Positions 31,132 through 40,602 are shown, numbered from the stretch's first letter. The stretch: 64,000 nucleotides of DNA from Candidatus Oxydemutatoraceae bacterium (GCA_965218975.1 OZ244717.1:1664001-1728000); one strand, 5' to 3'. Program-made: numbers and translations. Notes: generated from the sequence alone by a model not told the origin.

Positions 31132-32928
31132 TTAAATTCTTATTGAGCCTCCATCAAAAAGAGGAACGGTCATCGAGAAATTCTCACGATAAGTTAATTT
31201 CTGCTCCTCCAAAATACCGATGGCGATCTGTTCACCCATGCGCAATGACTCGATGTAATCCGAGAAGTAATGCACCCCGGCCCAATTGCGCCCGATGGAA
31301 ATATTGGATGCCAGCTTGTTGAGCTCGCCTTCAACGGTAAGCGGGTCCGGGCCCACGGGAACAGCCGCTAACGTTTTACCGTTATCTTTGGGATTAGATA
31401 CAAAAGCCAAGCCATTACCTGCCATTGTCAACGGATGCTTGTGATCAAAAAACGCTTTGAGTATCGTCACGCAGGCGCCGGCCACCGTCGCATGACCGGC
31501 GCCATAGGAGGGATGCATCGGCGACCCTTCGGGAAAAGCCATCGGCAAAAGATAATTTCTGTTCGGCAACATATTGAGTATCTTCTTAAGGGTCTTCACC
31601 ATATCGCTAACTTCCTTCACATCCAGATCTTCATGTTTCTGTAGCCTTGCCGCAAGTGCTTCAGGCCGCAAACGACGATGTACGTTAAATTTCTGGTACC
31701 TGACCGCTTTCAGCGCACGAGTTGCGACTTCAGTCACCAAGGTAAGAATATGCGGTCCGCCAAAAAGAGCAAATCCTTGCTGGTGATCTTTATCATCGCA
31801 AAGTTGAAAAGGAATACCCGAATCAAACGGCACTTTCTCCGCCAACAAAATGAGACAAGCATTCAGATAGGCTTCATACAAAGCGTCGTAATGCACATAA
31901 GTGGCAAGGTCGCGCGGTGTGGTGATAAATCGCCGGGGGGGATCACTGTTATACGCTTCTTGATAGCGTAGGTCGGCGCCTTCTTGCACGTCGAACCATT
32001 CATTCCAGGTCTTCATATAGTCTCGCCCTTCCTTCGCATAACGTACTTTTTGGTCAATCGTTATTGCTCCGTAGGAAATTATGCCGTCGGCATGTTTACG
32101 TTCGTTATCAATGGGATTGATCGCGGCATTCCCAGATAAAAGGAACTGCGATATGTACGGACCGACATCATCACCGGGGGTGATGCCGCGAAATGCGTTT
32201 TCACGAGTTAGTTGGCTTCTTTTACGACTGCGTTCATGCGCGGTCAATTGACAGCAAGACTCATTCTTAAACCAATCCAATTCGTTAAGCAACTTGATCA
32301 AATCGTCAACTTTCTCTGAATGATCGTCTGGAATACTAGCAATATTAACTTTCCGGTTCTCAATGCTTGTAAATGGAATATCCCTCAATAATGCCTGCGC
32401 ATAAACTTCGCCCATTTCGGCAGTGAGCTCTTTGCTCCCTATCGCCGGGGCAGGTGGCATGGTCACAGCTTGAGCGTCAGGTCCTTCCAGATCAAATGTG
32501 TTGCCGACAGCCTGACTTTCCCATCCACGAATTTTTGCCGGTCCTGAGTCCATTGCAGAGTCAACACACTTATCGCCTTTGCCGTATTCAACGTTCTGAG
32601 CTGCTTCGGAGTGCCAGTTGCGCTTTTGTGCCGGTCCGAGCCTAGTGTTAATAAAATCCTGAGGATCGCTACTATCACACCCCTGAACAAACTTTTCAAA
32701 GTCTTCGGAGGAAGCCACTAGCCCGGTATGGTGGTTATGCGGCATACCTTTGGTAAAGCTAGCCAAGTAGGACGGCTGATTAAACTCACCGTGCGTTCCA
32801 ACCTTACAGATGATGCGAAACTTCTGTTCATCACCGTTCGCGACATGACGCGGATGCGGCCGCTCTGCAGCCAGTTCGGCAGCGGAGCACCTGACCTTGA
32901 ACGCTTCTTGTAATCTGTATTTATTCAT
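31132..32928 (-). CDS. Vanadium-dependent haloperoxidase (bromoperoxidase type)
   Basis: YQKFNVHRRLRPEA, EGSPMHPSYGAGHATVAGACVTILKAFF, GELNKLASNISIGRNWAGVHYFSDY, RDLATYVH. Motifs and ~600-aa size match red-algal/cyanobacterial V-BPOs. Confidence 0.92.
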   Translation of the reverse strand: MNKYRLQEAFKVRCSAAELAAERPHPRHVANGDEQKFRIICKVGTHGEFNQPSYLASFTKGMPHNHHTGLVASSEDFEKFVQGCDSSDPQDFINTRLGPAQKRNWHSEAAQNVEYGKGDKCVDSAMDSGPAKIRGWESQAVGNTFDLEGPDAQAVTMPPAPAIGSKELTAEMGEVYAQALLRDIPFTSIENRKVNIASIPDDHSEKVDDLIKLLNELDWFKNESCCQLTAHERSRKRSQLTRENAFRGITPGDDVGPYISQFLLSGNAAINPIDNERKHADGIISYGAITIDQKVRYAKEGRDYMKTWNEWFDVQEGADLRYQEAYNSDPPRRFITTPRDLATYVHYDALYEAYLNACLILLAEKVPFDSGIPFQLCDDKDHQQGFALFGGPHILTLVTEVATRALKAVRYQKFNVHRRLRPEALAARLQKHEDLDVKEVSDMVKTLKKILNMLPNRNYLLPMAFPEGSPMHPSYGAGHATVAGACVTILKAFFDHKHPLTMAGNGLAFVSNPKDNGKTLAAVPVGPDPLTVEGELNKLASNISIGRNWAGVHYFSDYIESLRMGEQIAIGILEEQKLTYRENFSMTVPLFDGGSIRI

Positions 32929-33106
32929 TCCGTTCTCCTTCAGGTTAACTATTTACAAAGGATAAGGCACTCCCACCTATTGCTGTTTGTTTTTATTCGC
33001 ACACTGATATTCCCCTTTTTTGTCTTTTTGTAATAGCTCGTCTCGCTCATCTTCTTGAAGAGGCACCAGTAATGCCGACCACTGATCTATGCTCAAACCC
33101 GATTTG

Positions 33107-34429
33107 TTATTTGACAACCGAAACCGTAACGGTTTTTGAATGCCCGATAGTATCGGCAATATAGAGTACGTACTCACCCGCCCCCACCTCTGCAGTGGCG
33201 TTGATAGTAATTGCATGATCGCCCGGCGGAAAAGGATCCTCAACTGTAAGACTGTCCTTCTTTGGCGGGCTTGATAGAAATCGTGCGAAATAGGGTGATT
33301 TCCCACCCTTGACAATAATCTTCGCTTCGCTTGCGGTTTTCGCCTTCATCTGAATCCGGGCGGGTGACACCGAAATATCGGTAGTCACGTTCACGTCGCA
33401 CTTCTTCAGCATTGTGATCGGCTGTTTTTTATTTACCTCATTAACAATCGCGCTTACATGCAATGCCGTCGTGTCAAGCTTTAAACTTTCACTCCTAAGT
33501 GTCCTGACCGCAACCTTAAGAGATTGATTATTTAAAACTGCGAGTGTATCATCTGCTTTATCATCTGCTTTATCATCTGTAGGTACAGCAAAAATTTTCG
33601 TGGCAGCGTATAATTGGCTGATGATGTTAGACAATGCTTCCAGCTTAGGCTGCGATTGTCGGATGGCATCATCGACAGCACTCCCGATACGATCAACGGA
33701 TACCACAAGTTTACTCCCGCTCGTTTGTATCTGTCGGTGTAAGCTTTTCCCCGCGATGTAAGCTAAGTTAGCTGTCTCGACGATTTGTTCGGCTTCGGCC
33801 ACTGCTGCGTCTGCAGCCTGTGCATCATCCGTCCCTGCCTTGCCCTTTTTTCGTAGTTCCTTTACTCTCAAAATGGCTTGCTGTACTGAGTCAATCTGAC
33901 TCTTTAAACTTTCCAAGTCATCCTCAAAACCTGATTTTCCACCTTCTTTTGTCTTGTTTGCCTTCTGTTGTTTACCTTCTGGAAAGTTCAGAGGTAAAAC
34001 CGCTTCCACCGCACAGTTCATGGCTTTCATGCCTTCAGCATAAATACGCTCCCGGATATCGTTCGAGAACCACTTGGCCAGCGTGTATCCCGTGCCGCCG
34101 GCAAGGCCGACACCCGCGAGAGCATCAGCATGTGCACCGTAGGTTGCAAGACCGAGCGCGGCAGCTCCCGAAAAAATCATGCCCACCGCTGTTCTATTAG
34201 TCATTTTGGCATGAGCTGCCAGCTTCTTACGATATGCCTTTTTGGCATCTTGGGCATATTTTATTGCTTCCGACAGCGTGGGGTTTGCTGGGTCCTGCGC
34301 ACTTAACGATCCCCACTCAACATAAGGGTTGATCATGCTGCAGCCTTGGAGCACCAGGGCACCGAAAATAACCACGGCGACAGCGAAGTGTCTGACTTTG
34401 AGCGCTTCCTGCAGTCTATATTTATTCAT
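33107..34429 (-). CDS. Uncharacterised lipoprotein (Gly/Ala-rich hydrophobic segment, coiled coil, C-terminal beta-rich domain)
   Basis: Hydrophobic signal ending in lipobox LQGC; AAGGAG RBS; 440 aa. Confidence 0.75.
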   Translation of the reverse strand: MNKYRLQEALKVRHFAVAVVIFGALVLQGCSMINPYVEWGSLSAQDPANPTLSEAIKYAQDAKKAYRKKLAAHAKMTNRTAVGMIFSGAAALGLATYGAHADALAGVGLAGGTGYTLAKWFSNDIRERIYAEGMKAMNCAVEAVLPLNFPEGKQQKANKTKEGGKSGFEDDLESLKSQIDSVQQAILRVKELRKKGKAGTDDAQAADAAVAEAEQIVETANLAYIAGKSLHRQIQTSGSKLVVSVDRIGSAVDDAIRQSQPKLEALSNIISQLYAATKIFAVPTDDKADDKADDTLAVLNNQSLKVAVRTLRSESLKLDTTALHVSAIVNEVNKKQPITMLKKCDVNVTTDISVSPARIQMKAKTASEAKIIVKGGKSPYFARFLSSPPKKDSLTVEDPFPPGDHAITINATAEVGAGEYVLYIADTIGHSKTVTVSVVK

Positions 34430-34519
34430 TTTGTTCTCCTTTGTCGGATGCTCCTACCACTTGCGCGCCATCCGTTATCAATAAATCCTCTGCGAGAAGT
34501 ACGGCATATCCCAACTCTT

Positions 34520-36124
34520 TTAAGATAACTTGCTTCGGGAAAGAAATGAGACAGTACGACTGCCAACAAGCAAGACAAGTCCTAACAACAATAGCAACCA
34601 TAAATCCATGGCGCCGGAGCCTCCGCCGCCTCCGCCAGAGCCTCCGCCGCTATTGCTGTAAGCAGGACGCGCCCTGTCATCGCAAACGGCAGTGTCATCA
34701 GGATAATAGCCATCGCCGTGTTCAAGAGCGCATGCGACTCTCCCGTCTTCAATGATTTTGCTCATCCTGGAAACCCGATTTCCACAAACATTACTCCTCC
34801 TACCATGAGTAAGCACGCCAACAACTTGTGTGTTTTGCCTTAGCCACATCGGACTCCCGGACGACCCTCTCGTAGACCCCCCTACTCGGTAGTGGGTGGT
34901 ATAGTGGCTACAGCCGGAAGAGTTATTACAAGAACTGAAAAGATCATTTAACTCATAATGATCAAGCGCCACAATTTCCGTTTGTAAGTAGTTTTGATCA
35001 GTGCCCCTCGCATGATGAAGCGCTTCAATTATTTCACCCCGAGACAAGGAAACGGAGCTCGAGCCTAATCGTAGAAATGTTGAAGCTGTCGTCGCTTGGA
35101 GATCTGATTCATCCACTGACAGCAGTGCATAATCTCCTCGCGCGTTAGCCGCAATAAATCTTGCGCCTGTCGCGCTAATTCTTTGATCGGCGGGAACGCA
35201 ATCCGAAACACCGATCGCAATAGAGATATTCACAAAAGTGCCTATCGGCATTTCAGGGTTAGTGCCGGCATCAATGCAGTGATACGCCGTCAAAAGATAA
35301 ACATGATCATCACTGGCACCGGTGCCGGTATTCAGCAGTCCTGCAGTGCACTGCGCCCCGCTTCCTTGACCAGGAGGGGGAGTATAATTTATACGGGCCA
35401 CGCCTCTCCACCGCTCAACTCCATCAGGAAAAACACACAAGTTGTTTCCAAAAGGGCAGTCGGAGTGACTTTGCGGAACGGCAAAGGAGTGGCTATTGAG
35501 TTGCTGAATGTTACCGGCAGCATCTCTGAAGTGATGGTCTAAATGATATATGGCAAACGGAAAAGCATCCGGGGACACAGCAGATTGAGTCCATACTTCA
35601 ACAACCACTGTGTCATCCGGAATCAATGGCGACCAGAAGCCCGCGCCATCGGCCGGCCCTTTGCCGACATACTCACCGACAAAAGATGCGGGATTATCTT
35701 TCAGTCCATATACTTTTACAGACATTTCGTCATTCAGGTCAAACCGGGAAAACCACACCTTGACACCCAGTGCTTCGGGAGAATAAATGTGCAACTGCCA
35801 GATATTGAAGCTGTCTCGTTGTCCGACCGGATGCCAGTTGCTCTGATTAACGCTTACCGCTCTGCTAATACTCGTATAGAGTTTGCGTTTATCCTGAATC
35901 AGACTGACAATTTCTCTCTCCTCTTCTTCACTGAGTAAAGGCAACTCCAGCCTGACGTCATCCGGGTATTCTGATGCCAGGTCGCGGGCATGCTCTATCT
36001 CCCTCGGTTGCACTTCCACCTCTTCCATCCTCATTTCCGACACATCGGAGTAAGCGATCTGAAAAAACGAAAGAATGAAAATCCCCGCCGGAATAAGCAA
36101 GGTTTTATATTTCATAGTATTCAT
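34520..36124 (-). CDS. Secreted trypsin-fold (lysyl-endopeptidase-like) serine protease with GlyGly-CTERM anchor
   Basis: Signal peptide, propeptide, triad LTAYHC / DYALL / GSSGSP. C-terminus SGGGSGGGGGGSGAMDLWLLLLLGLVLLV followed by basic residues. GGAGG RBS before ATG 36124. Confidence 0.85.
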   Translation of the reverse strand: MNTMKYKTLLIPAGIFILSFFQIAYSDVSEMRMEEVEVQPREIEHARDLASEYPDDVRLELPLLSEEEEREIVSLIQDKRKLYTSISRAVSVNQSNWHPVGQRDSFNIWQLHIYSPEALGVKVWFSRFDLNDEMSVKVYGLKDNPASFVGEYVGKGPADGAGFWSPLIPDDTVVVEVWTQSAVSPDAFPFAIYHLDHHFRDAAGNIQQLNSHSFAVPQSHSDCPFGNNLCVFPDGVERWRGVARINYTPPPGQGSGAQCTAGLLNTGTGASDDHVYLLTAYHCIDAGTNPEMPIGTFVNISIAIGVSDCVPADQRISATGARFIAANARGDYALLSVDESDLQATTASTFLRLGSSSVSLSRGEIIEALHHARGTDQNYLQTEIVALDHYELNDLFSSCNNSSGCSHYTTHYRVGGSTRGSSGSPMWLRQNTQVVGVLTHGRRSNVCGNRVSRMSKIIEDGRVACALEHGDGYYPDDTAVCDDRARPAYSNSGGGSGGGGGGSGAMDLWLLLLLGLVLLVGSRTVSFLSRSKLS

Positions 36125-36373
36125 CTTAGCCTCCAAAGCACGTTGCGCTTAAAAAGCGACAAAGTCGTGCGGCTGTTGAGTTTCTGGACTGCCTGCGCCG
36201 GGGCGCAGTGACTGGTTTCTTACATAAAGAGTGATCTATAGCAACATTGATCGTCTGATCGTCTATCATCTTCCGGACGTCCTCCTGTTTAATTAGCTTT
36301 TTTTAATCTTGTTGTTTGTGGGCTAATTACCTAATCTGATAAAGACTCTAAACGACTAATATTAAAATTGGAA

Positions 36374-36389
36374 TAGTTAAAATTAACTA
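36374..36389. promoter_or_regulatory. Palindromic operator candidate TAGTTAA-AA-TTAACTA (copy A)
   Basis: Perfect 7-2-7 inverted repeat, identical at 40985-41000 while its flanks differ. Confidence 0.5.
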
Positions 36390-36720
36390 AATTTTCTATT
36401 TGATTATTCAATCCTCGCTCGCGCGAGATATTAGCTGTTGGGAATAAATCATCCATCGCAAACTCATCCGGTACCTGCATTACAAAGCCTGGCTGGCGGC
36501 GCGTGCATGGCGGCGAAACCCGGTATTCGGCCGTCGAGCACTAACGCTGTAGATTAGATATGTTGGATGAAGCGGTTTAGAAACCTTTATCGATTCAAAG
36601 AAACCATGATCGGGTTGAAGGTCAGGCATCAACCCTGGGGGGCGATTATTCGGACACTGAAACTTCTGCTATGAGTTTCACGGGTAGCCCTTTATATTGG
36701 CGGTACTGGTTCCAGAACAG

Positions 36721-36805
36721 TGCATAAGCTCAGAAACATTTAGCACTCAAATCGTCGCTCTGCGCGCTTCTATCACAGTCGGACTTTGTCTAGTGGCATG
36801 AAAAT
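36721..36805 (-). mobile_element. Right-end remnant of an IS481-family element (also 41331-41414)
   Basis: Reverse strand ends ...GAGTGCTAAATGTTTCTGAGCTTATGCA, matching the end at 58062-58090. Confidence 0.55.
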
Positions 36806-36918
36806 CTAGGAATCTAAACTTCTCAGTAGCTTCCACGCTTCCACGAGGAAACCCGGATAATTAATATTAGCCGGTACTCGTGCGGGCCCACGAAGATGAA
36901 TCGTGAAGGACCGGAGTG

Positions 36919-37191
36919 CTATTGGCCGGAGAAAAACCCGGCCGCTGTGAACATAAGTCCCATTGCAATGACGATGGTACCAGCAATGATAATGTTCCAC
37001 CGGATCATCTCAGCCTTTATTCCAGCCAGATCAGTTTTTAACTCGGTTCTTAACTCGGCCAACCCTATTTTTAAATCCGCTGTAGTTACGACATCATCTG
37101 TATGTGCAAGTGTATCTGCGACAGATTTAGCCTGTTCTTCACTAACACGGGGAATCTTTTTTAAGACTTCATATAATTCAATGGTGCTCAT
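36919..37191 (-). CDS. Small coiled-coil protein with C-terminal TM (DUF1640/CCDC90-like)
   Basis: 90 aa: SEEQAKSVA..VVTTADL..ELRTELK..IRWNI plus hydrophobic tail. Confidence 0.65.
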   Translation of the reverse strand: MSTIELYEVLKKIPRVSEEQAKSVADTLAHTDDVVTTADLKIGLAELRTELKTDLAGIKAEMIRWNIIIAGTIVIAMGLMFTAAGFFSGQ

Positions 37192-37232
37192 GGTTTCAGC
37201 ATAGCCGATTTCAGAAGATATTATGCACACGA

Positions 37233-37833
37233 TGTATACGATGCCACCCTAAATGGGATTCTTGAAGAGCTTCTGGGTGAGACGCGCCCGGAAAACCGAT
37301 CGGTTTTCAGCGGGGTTTTCAGCGGCGAACGACCCGACAAGGACGTCGGGGCTGGGGCTTATTGACAGCACGAAGTCGCGTCATGGACGACAGGCACTTG
37401 AGCTTGGCGCAGGCGTTTGATTTCACGCTGAACCGATTGCGGCCAGATCCGCCAGCGCCTCTTGCGCGGCGCTTTGCCACGGTCACGCATGGCACTGAGC
37501 TCGATGCGGCGATAGCCCCAGCACCAGCAGTACAAAGTACTGCGACCGACCTTGAATGCGCTCGGTGACACCCGATCTGTAGTTTCCCCTGTATATGGAT
37601 CCACCACATATTGCACATTAGCGTTGTTGAATGACGGTCTGATGGGTTCAATCCCAGTCCTTTGTGCGAACGTAATCTGTTGTACCGAACCAGCCGACCT
37701 GCCGGTTTTGCATTGAAACGATCAAGGTCTTGAAACGGCAGATCCTCTGATGCGGTGGCCGATGTGCTGATATTACGTGCCGATCATCTTTTTGTTGACG
37801 CCCAAAAATCCAGTATGTATCTGCACACGTACA
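37233..37833 (-). mobile_element. Degenerate IS481-family remnant with a 102-bp module (37275-37388) and a nested right end at 37590
   Basis: Shares both ends with 13094-14482. Reads FKVGRSTLY..KAPRKRRWRIWPQSVQREIKRLRQA; nested end reads CNMWWIH. Confidence 0.75.
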
Positions 37834-37902
37834 CCAGATCAAATTGAGAGCCAGCAGATTTTTAGAGGGGTCGGGTTGGTGTCTTTTTACGAGCTGTAAG
37901 CA

Positions 37903-39051
37903 TTAAACCCCCACTTCGTGAGCAGATCTCAATACAGGAGAAAGCTTGGAAGGAAGCGAATGACGAACTTGCCAGAAGGGAGCGTCGGGCCATCGTTGTT
38001 CCATCCTATAATATGCGATCTTGGTTTCGAGATAGGTCAAGAAGTCTCGCGCGAGAGTGTGCGAATAGTTCTGAAGGGCTTCTTTGTCTCCTTGGAGATG
38101 CGCAACAACCGCATCAGCGGCCACCGCACCGTGGCGTAGACCCTTAGAGATTCCTTCCGAGGAGAGCGGATCATAGGCTTGGGCTGCATCTCCGGTGGCG
38201 ACCCATGCATCGCCCACTATTCGGTCGGACAACTGACTGTTTGCGATTTTTACTTGGACCGGGCCAGCGAGAATACGTCCGACGCACCGAGCTGCGGTGC
38301 AGGGCGCGAGGGCCAGATGTTTATGCCACGTAGCCTCTGGCGATTGGCAACCGTGGCGTATCATATTGGCTTCTGACATCCAAGTTGCGATCATGCGACC
38401 GGAAGCCAGTTGCACGGAATACCACCATCCAGCCTCGGTAGCTTCAATGAGTAACCGGCCGTTGTCGCCTTTGTCTTCTCGCGGTGCCTCCAGAATACCA
38501 ATGATCGCGGCAAGTCGATCAAAACGGTGGATCTTCGCACCGAGACGACGAGTGAGCCAAGCAGTCCTGCCCGTAGCGTCGACAAGAAAACGTGCGTGGG
38601 CGACTAATCCTTTTGCATCACCAGCCAGCGGCACGGCCCAGCCGGAATCTATCGGCGAGGCTCCGACAGCATACGACGCGTTCAATATCCGTACACCGCG
38701 TTCTATTGCCTGAGCCCGTAATCCCGCATCAAACCTTGGGCGGTCCAAGTTGATGCCCGAGCCATGTGGGCTGGTCATGTAGTCGCGCGTCATAAGATCA
38801 GGTCCGCCCCATGCAGACTCGATGAATGGACAAGGGGCGTGCTCCGGCGAAGCGATCAGAGTGCCAAGACCCATGGCATGTAGTGCAACTACACCCTCGG
38901 GCGATAAGTGCTCGCCGACCGTTCCTTCCGTCCCGTCGGATCGTTCAATAACGACTACATCCAGACCATGGCTTTGGGAAGCGATTGCGACTGCGCATCC
39001 GGCGGGACCGGAGCCGAGAACGATCAGGTCGGTAGAAACGTCGGCGTTCAA
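37903..39051 (-). CDS. LodB/GoxB-like FAD-dependent oxidoreductase (CTQ maturation flavoprotein)
   Basis: GSGPAG, VGEHL, LDRPRFD, FLVDATGR, GWWY, GDAAQAYDPLSSEGI, YYRMEQRW...FW; directly downstream of the lodA-like gene. Confidence 0.85.
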   Translation of the reverse strand: MNADVSTDLIVLGSGPAGCAVAIASQSHGLDVVVIERSDGTEGTVGEHLSPEGVVALHAMGLGTLIASPEHAPCPFIESAWGGPDLMTRDYMTSPHGSGINLDRPRFDAGLRAQAIERGVRILNASYAVGASPIDSGWAVPLAGDAKGLVAHARFLVDATGRTAWLTRRLGAKIHRFDRLAAIIGILEAPREDKGDNGRLLIEATEAGWWYSVQLASGRMIATWMSEANMIRHGCQSPEATWHKHLALAPCTAARCVGRILAGPVQVKIANSQLSDRIVGDAWVATGDAAQAYDPLSSEGISKGLRHGAVAADAVVAHLQGDKEALQNYSHTLARDFLTYLETKIAYYRMEQRWPDAPFWQVRHSLPSKLSPVLRSAHEVGV

Positions 39052-39084
39052 GAAGTTACCGACGGCGGATCAGAGACAAATCAA

Positions 39085-40602
39085 TCACTTCTTCTCAACG
39101 TATTGATTACCTTGCTGCAGGACGAAACGCAACGTGCTCCAATTGTCAACCATGTCTTTGGCGGTCCAACTGCTTGGCATCCAATCGCCCGGAGTGCCAT
39201 TCCTCTTAATCACCCAGTCTGGTCGTTGTGCCGGCCACCACCCTGCACCACAGTCTTTGAAATCTGCTTGCCAAGGACAGGCCAAGCCAGCAGTGATTGA
39301 GCCAGCCAAGAATTTTGAGTCATTGATACGGAATGGCAGGCGGTAAGTGTCCTTCCTCGCCATGATATATCCCGCCTCAATCCCGGGCCAAAAGGGACCG
39401 CCAATGCAGGCATCAAGAGCCGCTTTGTCCAACGCAAGCGGTTGATTTGCCATTGGGATCTGTTGAAAAGGCGGTGGAACCGGTGGTGGTGCTTGCCAGT
39501 CCGGTGTAAATTGCCCGTTCTCCCATTTGTGCATCAGTTCGAGCTGAAGGGACGTCAGCTGGGCTGGCTGGTCTTCCCGGCTGGTGAAGGGATTGTCTGG
39601 GTCGAGACCGGGGTGTAACCGGGGCATGTTGGCTATGCCGTCACCGCCCGGACGCCGAAGCCTCTTGTAAACATCCCAACGTGCCTTCTTGTTCGCACTC
39701 GTATTACTCGACAATGCTTTCAATCGGAATGGTTTAAGGAAGTTGCCGCCACCCGTCCCTGGACCATGGCCTTTATGCGCAAGCTGACTGACCCATTGTA
39801 GGAGCACTGTGCGCTCGAGAATCGGATAGATGTCGCGTGTGAACGATACCGGAGAGAGTCGCGCACGGAGCGATGGTTCCATTTGTACGGCCACATTCAA
39901 CGCTTGGTCCCACAGAGTTACTACATTGTTGATTGCCGGTGCATAGCTCGGCGGCGCAACAATAAGCCATGCGGAGTCGCAGGGGGTAGGTTCTTTACCT
40001 TCGAATTGGACGGTGGCTCGCACCGGACCGTCGGAAACATCGTCGTGCCAATCGGGGTTGTTGGCAAAATCAGGTAGCGGGGCTCCCGAGGGATAGGAGC
40101 TTGATTTACCCCTGCCGCCCAAGACGACTAATTGACCGCCTTGGTCCGTACGCAGGTGCCCTAAAATGACAGGGTTCCCCTTGAATTGACCGGACAACTT
40201 GACAGGGCCGCTGCCCGAACCTGAAATGCTCTGGGATCCGGCATCAATGTTTAGCTCATCCGCAGATGTATTTGGATTGCGAAGATTAGGATTAGGGGGA
40301 GGGTTCGGAGGAAACTCAGGGGCCGATGCCTTGGTGTTCGCCAGATGCACGGTCCACCTGATCGTCGCATCATCATCTCCGGTGATCTCTCGCACTACTT
40401 TGCCGAGGCGACCGGAATCATCGGACTCATACTCATAGACACGGAATCGGGCGCCCTGACGCTTTAGACGACCCTCGGCGTCTCGATAGAGTCCTGCAGG
40501 AACAATCCCTGGAGCCTCCGGACCAATGAAGTATTCATCAGGGCTGTTGCCTAAGCGGGCAACGCCAATTCCTGGATGGATGCGGTAGATCTTTGTCGAC
40601 AT
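39085..40602 (-). CDS. LodA/GoxA-family CTQ-dependent amino-acid oxidase
   Basis: RIHPGIGVARLGNS, KRQGARFRVY, WTVHLANTKA, NNPDWHDDVSDGPV, GGPFWPGIE, PWQADF..C...WWPAQRPD, MVDNWSTL.FV. Confidence 0.9.
   Translation of the reverse strand: MSTKIYRIHPGIGVARLGNSPDEYFIGPEAPGIVPAGLYRDAEGRLKRQGARFRVYEYESDDSGRLGKVVREITGDDDATIRWTVHLANTKASAPEFPPNPPPNPNLRNPNTSADELNIDAGSQSISGSGSGPVKLSGQFKGNPVILGHLRTDQGGQLVVLGGRGKSSSYPSGAPLPDFANNPDWHDDVSDGPVRATVQFEGKEPTPCDSAWLIVAPPSYAPAINNVVTLWDQALNVAVQMEPSLRARLSPVSFTRDIYPILERTVLLQWVSQLAHKGHGPGTGGGNFLKPFRLKALSSNTSANKKARWDVYKRLRRPGGDGIANMPRLHPGLDPDNPFTSREDQPAQLTSLQLELMHKWENGQFTPDWQAPPPVPPPFQQIPMANQPLALDKAALDACIGGPFWPGIEAGYIMARKDTYRLPFRINDSKFLAGSITAGLACPWQADFKDCGAGWWPAQRPDWVIKRNGTPGDWMPSSWTAKDMVDNWSTLRFVLQQGNQYVEKK

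Larger units (their letters stand above)
36289..37391 (+). repeat. ~1.1-kb duplicated header, copy A
   Basis: Colinear with 40900-41989. First ~430 bp visibly diverged; the middle is near-identical. Confidence 0.9.

Noticed and set aside
31132-32928. Simple PAP2 acid phosphatase
   Set aside because: Length, lack of TM helices and extended motifs match vanadium bromoperoxidases.
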